DNA from: a virus
Taxonomy: Duplodnaviria > Caudoviricetes
Virus record (IMG/VR): IMGVR_UViG_3300048854_000134
Span: 5,225-69,224 of that record
Reading direction: 5' to 3' (one strand)
Length of the DNA stretch: 64,000 nt
Below the pieces are notes generated by a model. It was given only the letters and a program-made list of their open reading frames with translations, ran no database searches and was not told the origin of the DNA. This document shows, one piece after another, positions 63,210-64,000 of the stretch. Made by a program: the position numbers and the translations under genes. How positions within the stretch are numbered: the first letter of the stretch is position 1; every line of letters starts with the position of its first letter.

Positions 63210-63503
63210 TCAGCTCTGCGGCGTGGTCTTCTTGGCGGGCGCGCTGCCAACGCTCGACTTGGTGTCGACACGCAGGATTGCTTCGTCGAAGTAGTGATCC
63301 GCGACCGGATTGTCTTTGCGAACCATGTCGAGTTCGTCGGCGTCGACCTCGGTTTCGCTGGCCTTCAGCACGTCTTTGCCGGAGATCACATCGGTGTCTT
63401 GGATGGCGGCCGGGAAGGTCAACGTCGCCACGACACCCTTGCTGCTGGCTTTCGTCAGCACGATGTCGTGTTCTGCGGTGTTCTTTACGATGATTTTCGA
63501 CAC
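63210..63503 (-). CDS. Hypothetical capsid-adjacent protein
   Basis: GAGGAG RBS before GTG 63503. Confidence 0.7.
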   Translation of the reverse strand: MSKIIVKNTAEHDIVLTKASSKGVVATLTFPAAIQDTDVISGKDVLKASETEVDADELDMVRKDNPVADHYFDEAILRVDTKSSVGSAPAKKTTPQS

Positions 63504-63539
63504 GAGATATCTCCTCGTTGATGTAACTACATGAAATGC

Positions 63540-63573
63540 AAAAAGCCCCGCACCGGTGAGGGAGCGGGGCTTT
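63540..63573 (-). terminator. Terminator/hairpin after the capsid gene
   Basis: GCCCCGC stem flanked by a T-run. Confidence 0.65.
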
Positions 63574-63603
63574 CTCGAACCACTGTCGGCTTCTTCGATC
63601 TGC

Positions 63604-64000
63604 TTACAGGCCGTCTTGGTAGTAAGCGGACTTCGGGTAACGCCAGAACACGCCGGAGTACTTGTACTCACCCGGGATGTCCACGGCCAGGCCCTGCGGT
63701 TGCGGCGCAAGGAAGCGCAGCGGCAGCGGGATGTACATCGACAGGCGCGACGGATCCTTGAAGTAGTACACGCCGCGCGCCGTGCCGCCCGCACCGGCCG
63801 TGTCCAGGCCGTAACCGGGCTGGATGTCGAGGTCGATGTTGCGTTGGGTCTTCGCGATGTTGTTTTGCCGCAAGTACGTCAGGATCGTCGTGTCGGTGTT
63901 GGCCGAACGCGGCGTGCTGGCGATGAACGAGAAGTCCGCCGGCGGCAGAATCACGTTGGTCGGCATGTCGTTGTAGCCAGACGCCGTCCACACCTGATTC
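63604..64000 (-). CDS. Major capsid protein, C-terminal part (DUF2184-like)
   Basis: P...ILPP.....I..T..TIL.YL..NN..; P.P..F..PQ..GL....P......GV...YP. Confidence 0.8.
   Translation of the reverse strand, partial: NQVWTASGYNDMPTNVILPPADFSFIASTPRSANTDTTILTYLRQNNIAKTQRNIDLDIQPGYGLDTAGAGGTARGVYYFKDPSRLSMYIPLPLRFLAPQPQGLAVDIPGEYKYSGVFWRYPKSAYYQDGL

Larger units (their letters stand above)
1..64000. mobile_element. Temperate phage genome segment (lambdoid control region, contractile tail), attP-joined configuration
   Basis: Continuous phage gene content: int/xis, cI/cro, O/DnaB, Q-like, lysis, baseplate J, sheath, capsid; no host housekeeping genes. Confidence 0.95.

Noticed and set aside
1-64000. 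IS elements, introns, rRNA, retron or DGR reverse transcriptase
   Set aside because: No transposase, RT or rRNA signatures seen in the ORF track or sequence

Overview
The whole window is one temperate bacteriophage genome segment; I see no host genes. It has a lambdoid control and replication region and a contractile-tail (myovirus-type) virion module. The high GC content, gene repertoire and a CTGT-N8-ACAG LexA box suggest a betaproteobacterial host, probably Burkholderiaceae (inference). Read on the minus strand from 64000, the order is: major capsid (partial), head-tail joining genes, sheath, tube, tail chaperone with a -1 frameshift, tape measure, baseplate, tail fibre, a second receptor-binding/glycanase cassette interrupted by an opposite-strand FkbM moron, lysis cassette, small accessory genes, an apparently intact attP, integrase, then (plus strand) the long early-left operons, cI, and (minus strand) cro, cII, helicase-methyltransferase, O-like initiator with iterons, DnaB, nin-type genes, Q-like gene, late promoter/terminator, a structured RNA region containing an initiator-type tRNA-Met, and small late genes. 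Lysis genes meet int across a junction with arm repeats on both sides, so this looks like the excised/virion configuration or a tandem prophage. Terminase, portal and protease are outside the window. The most unusual items are: an in-frame cassette array in a Lar-like gene delimited by a 16-bp repeat; a pair of secreted proteins in the early operon; a highly structured RNA flanking a variant tRNA-fMet; a solo DndC-like gene coupled to a repeat-containing C5 methyltransferase; a 43-bp duplicated CI-controlled promoter; a LexA-controlled gene beside attP; and a frameshift-split tail glycanase. Family names come from motif recognition by eye, not database searches.
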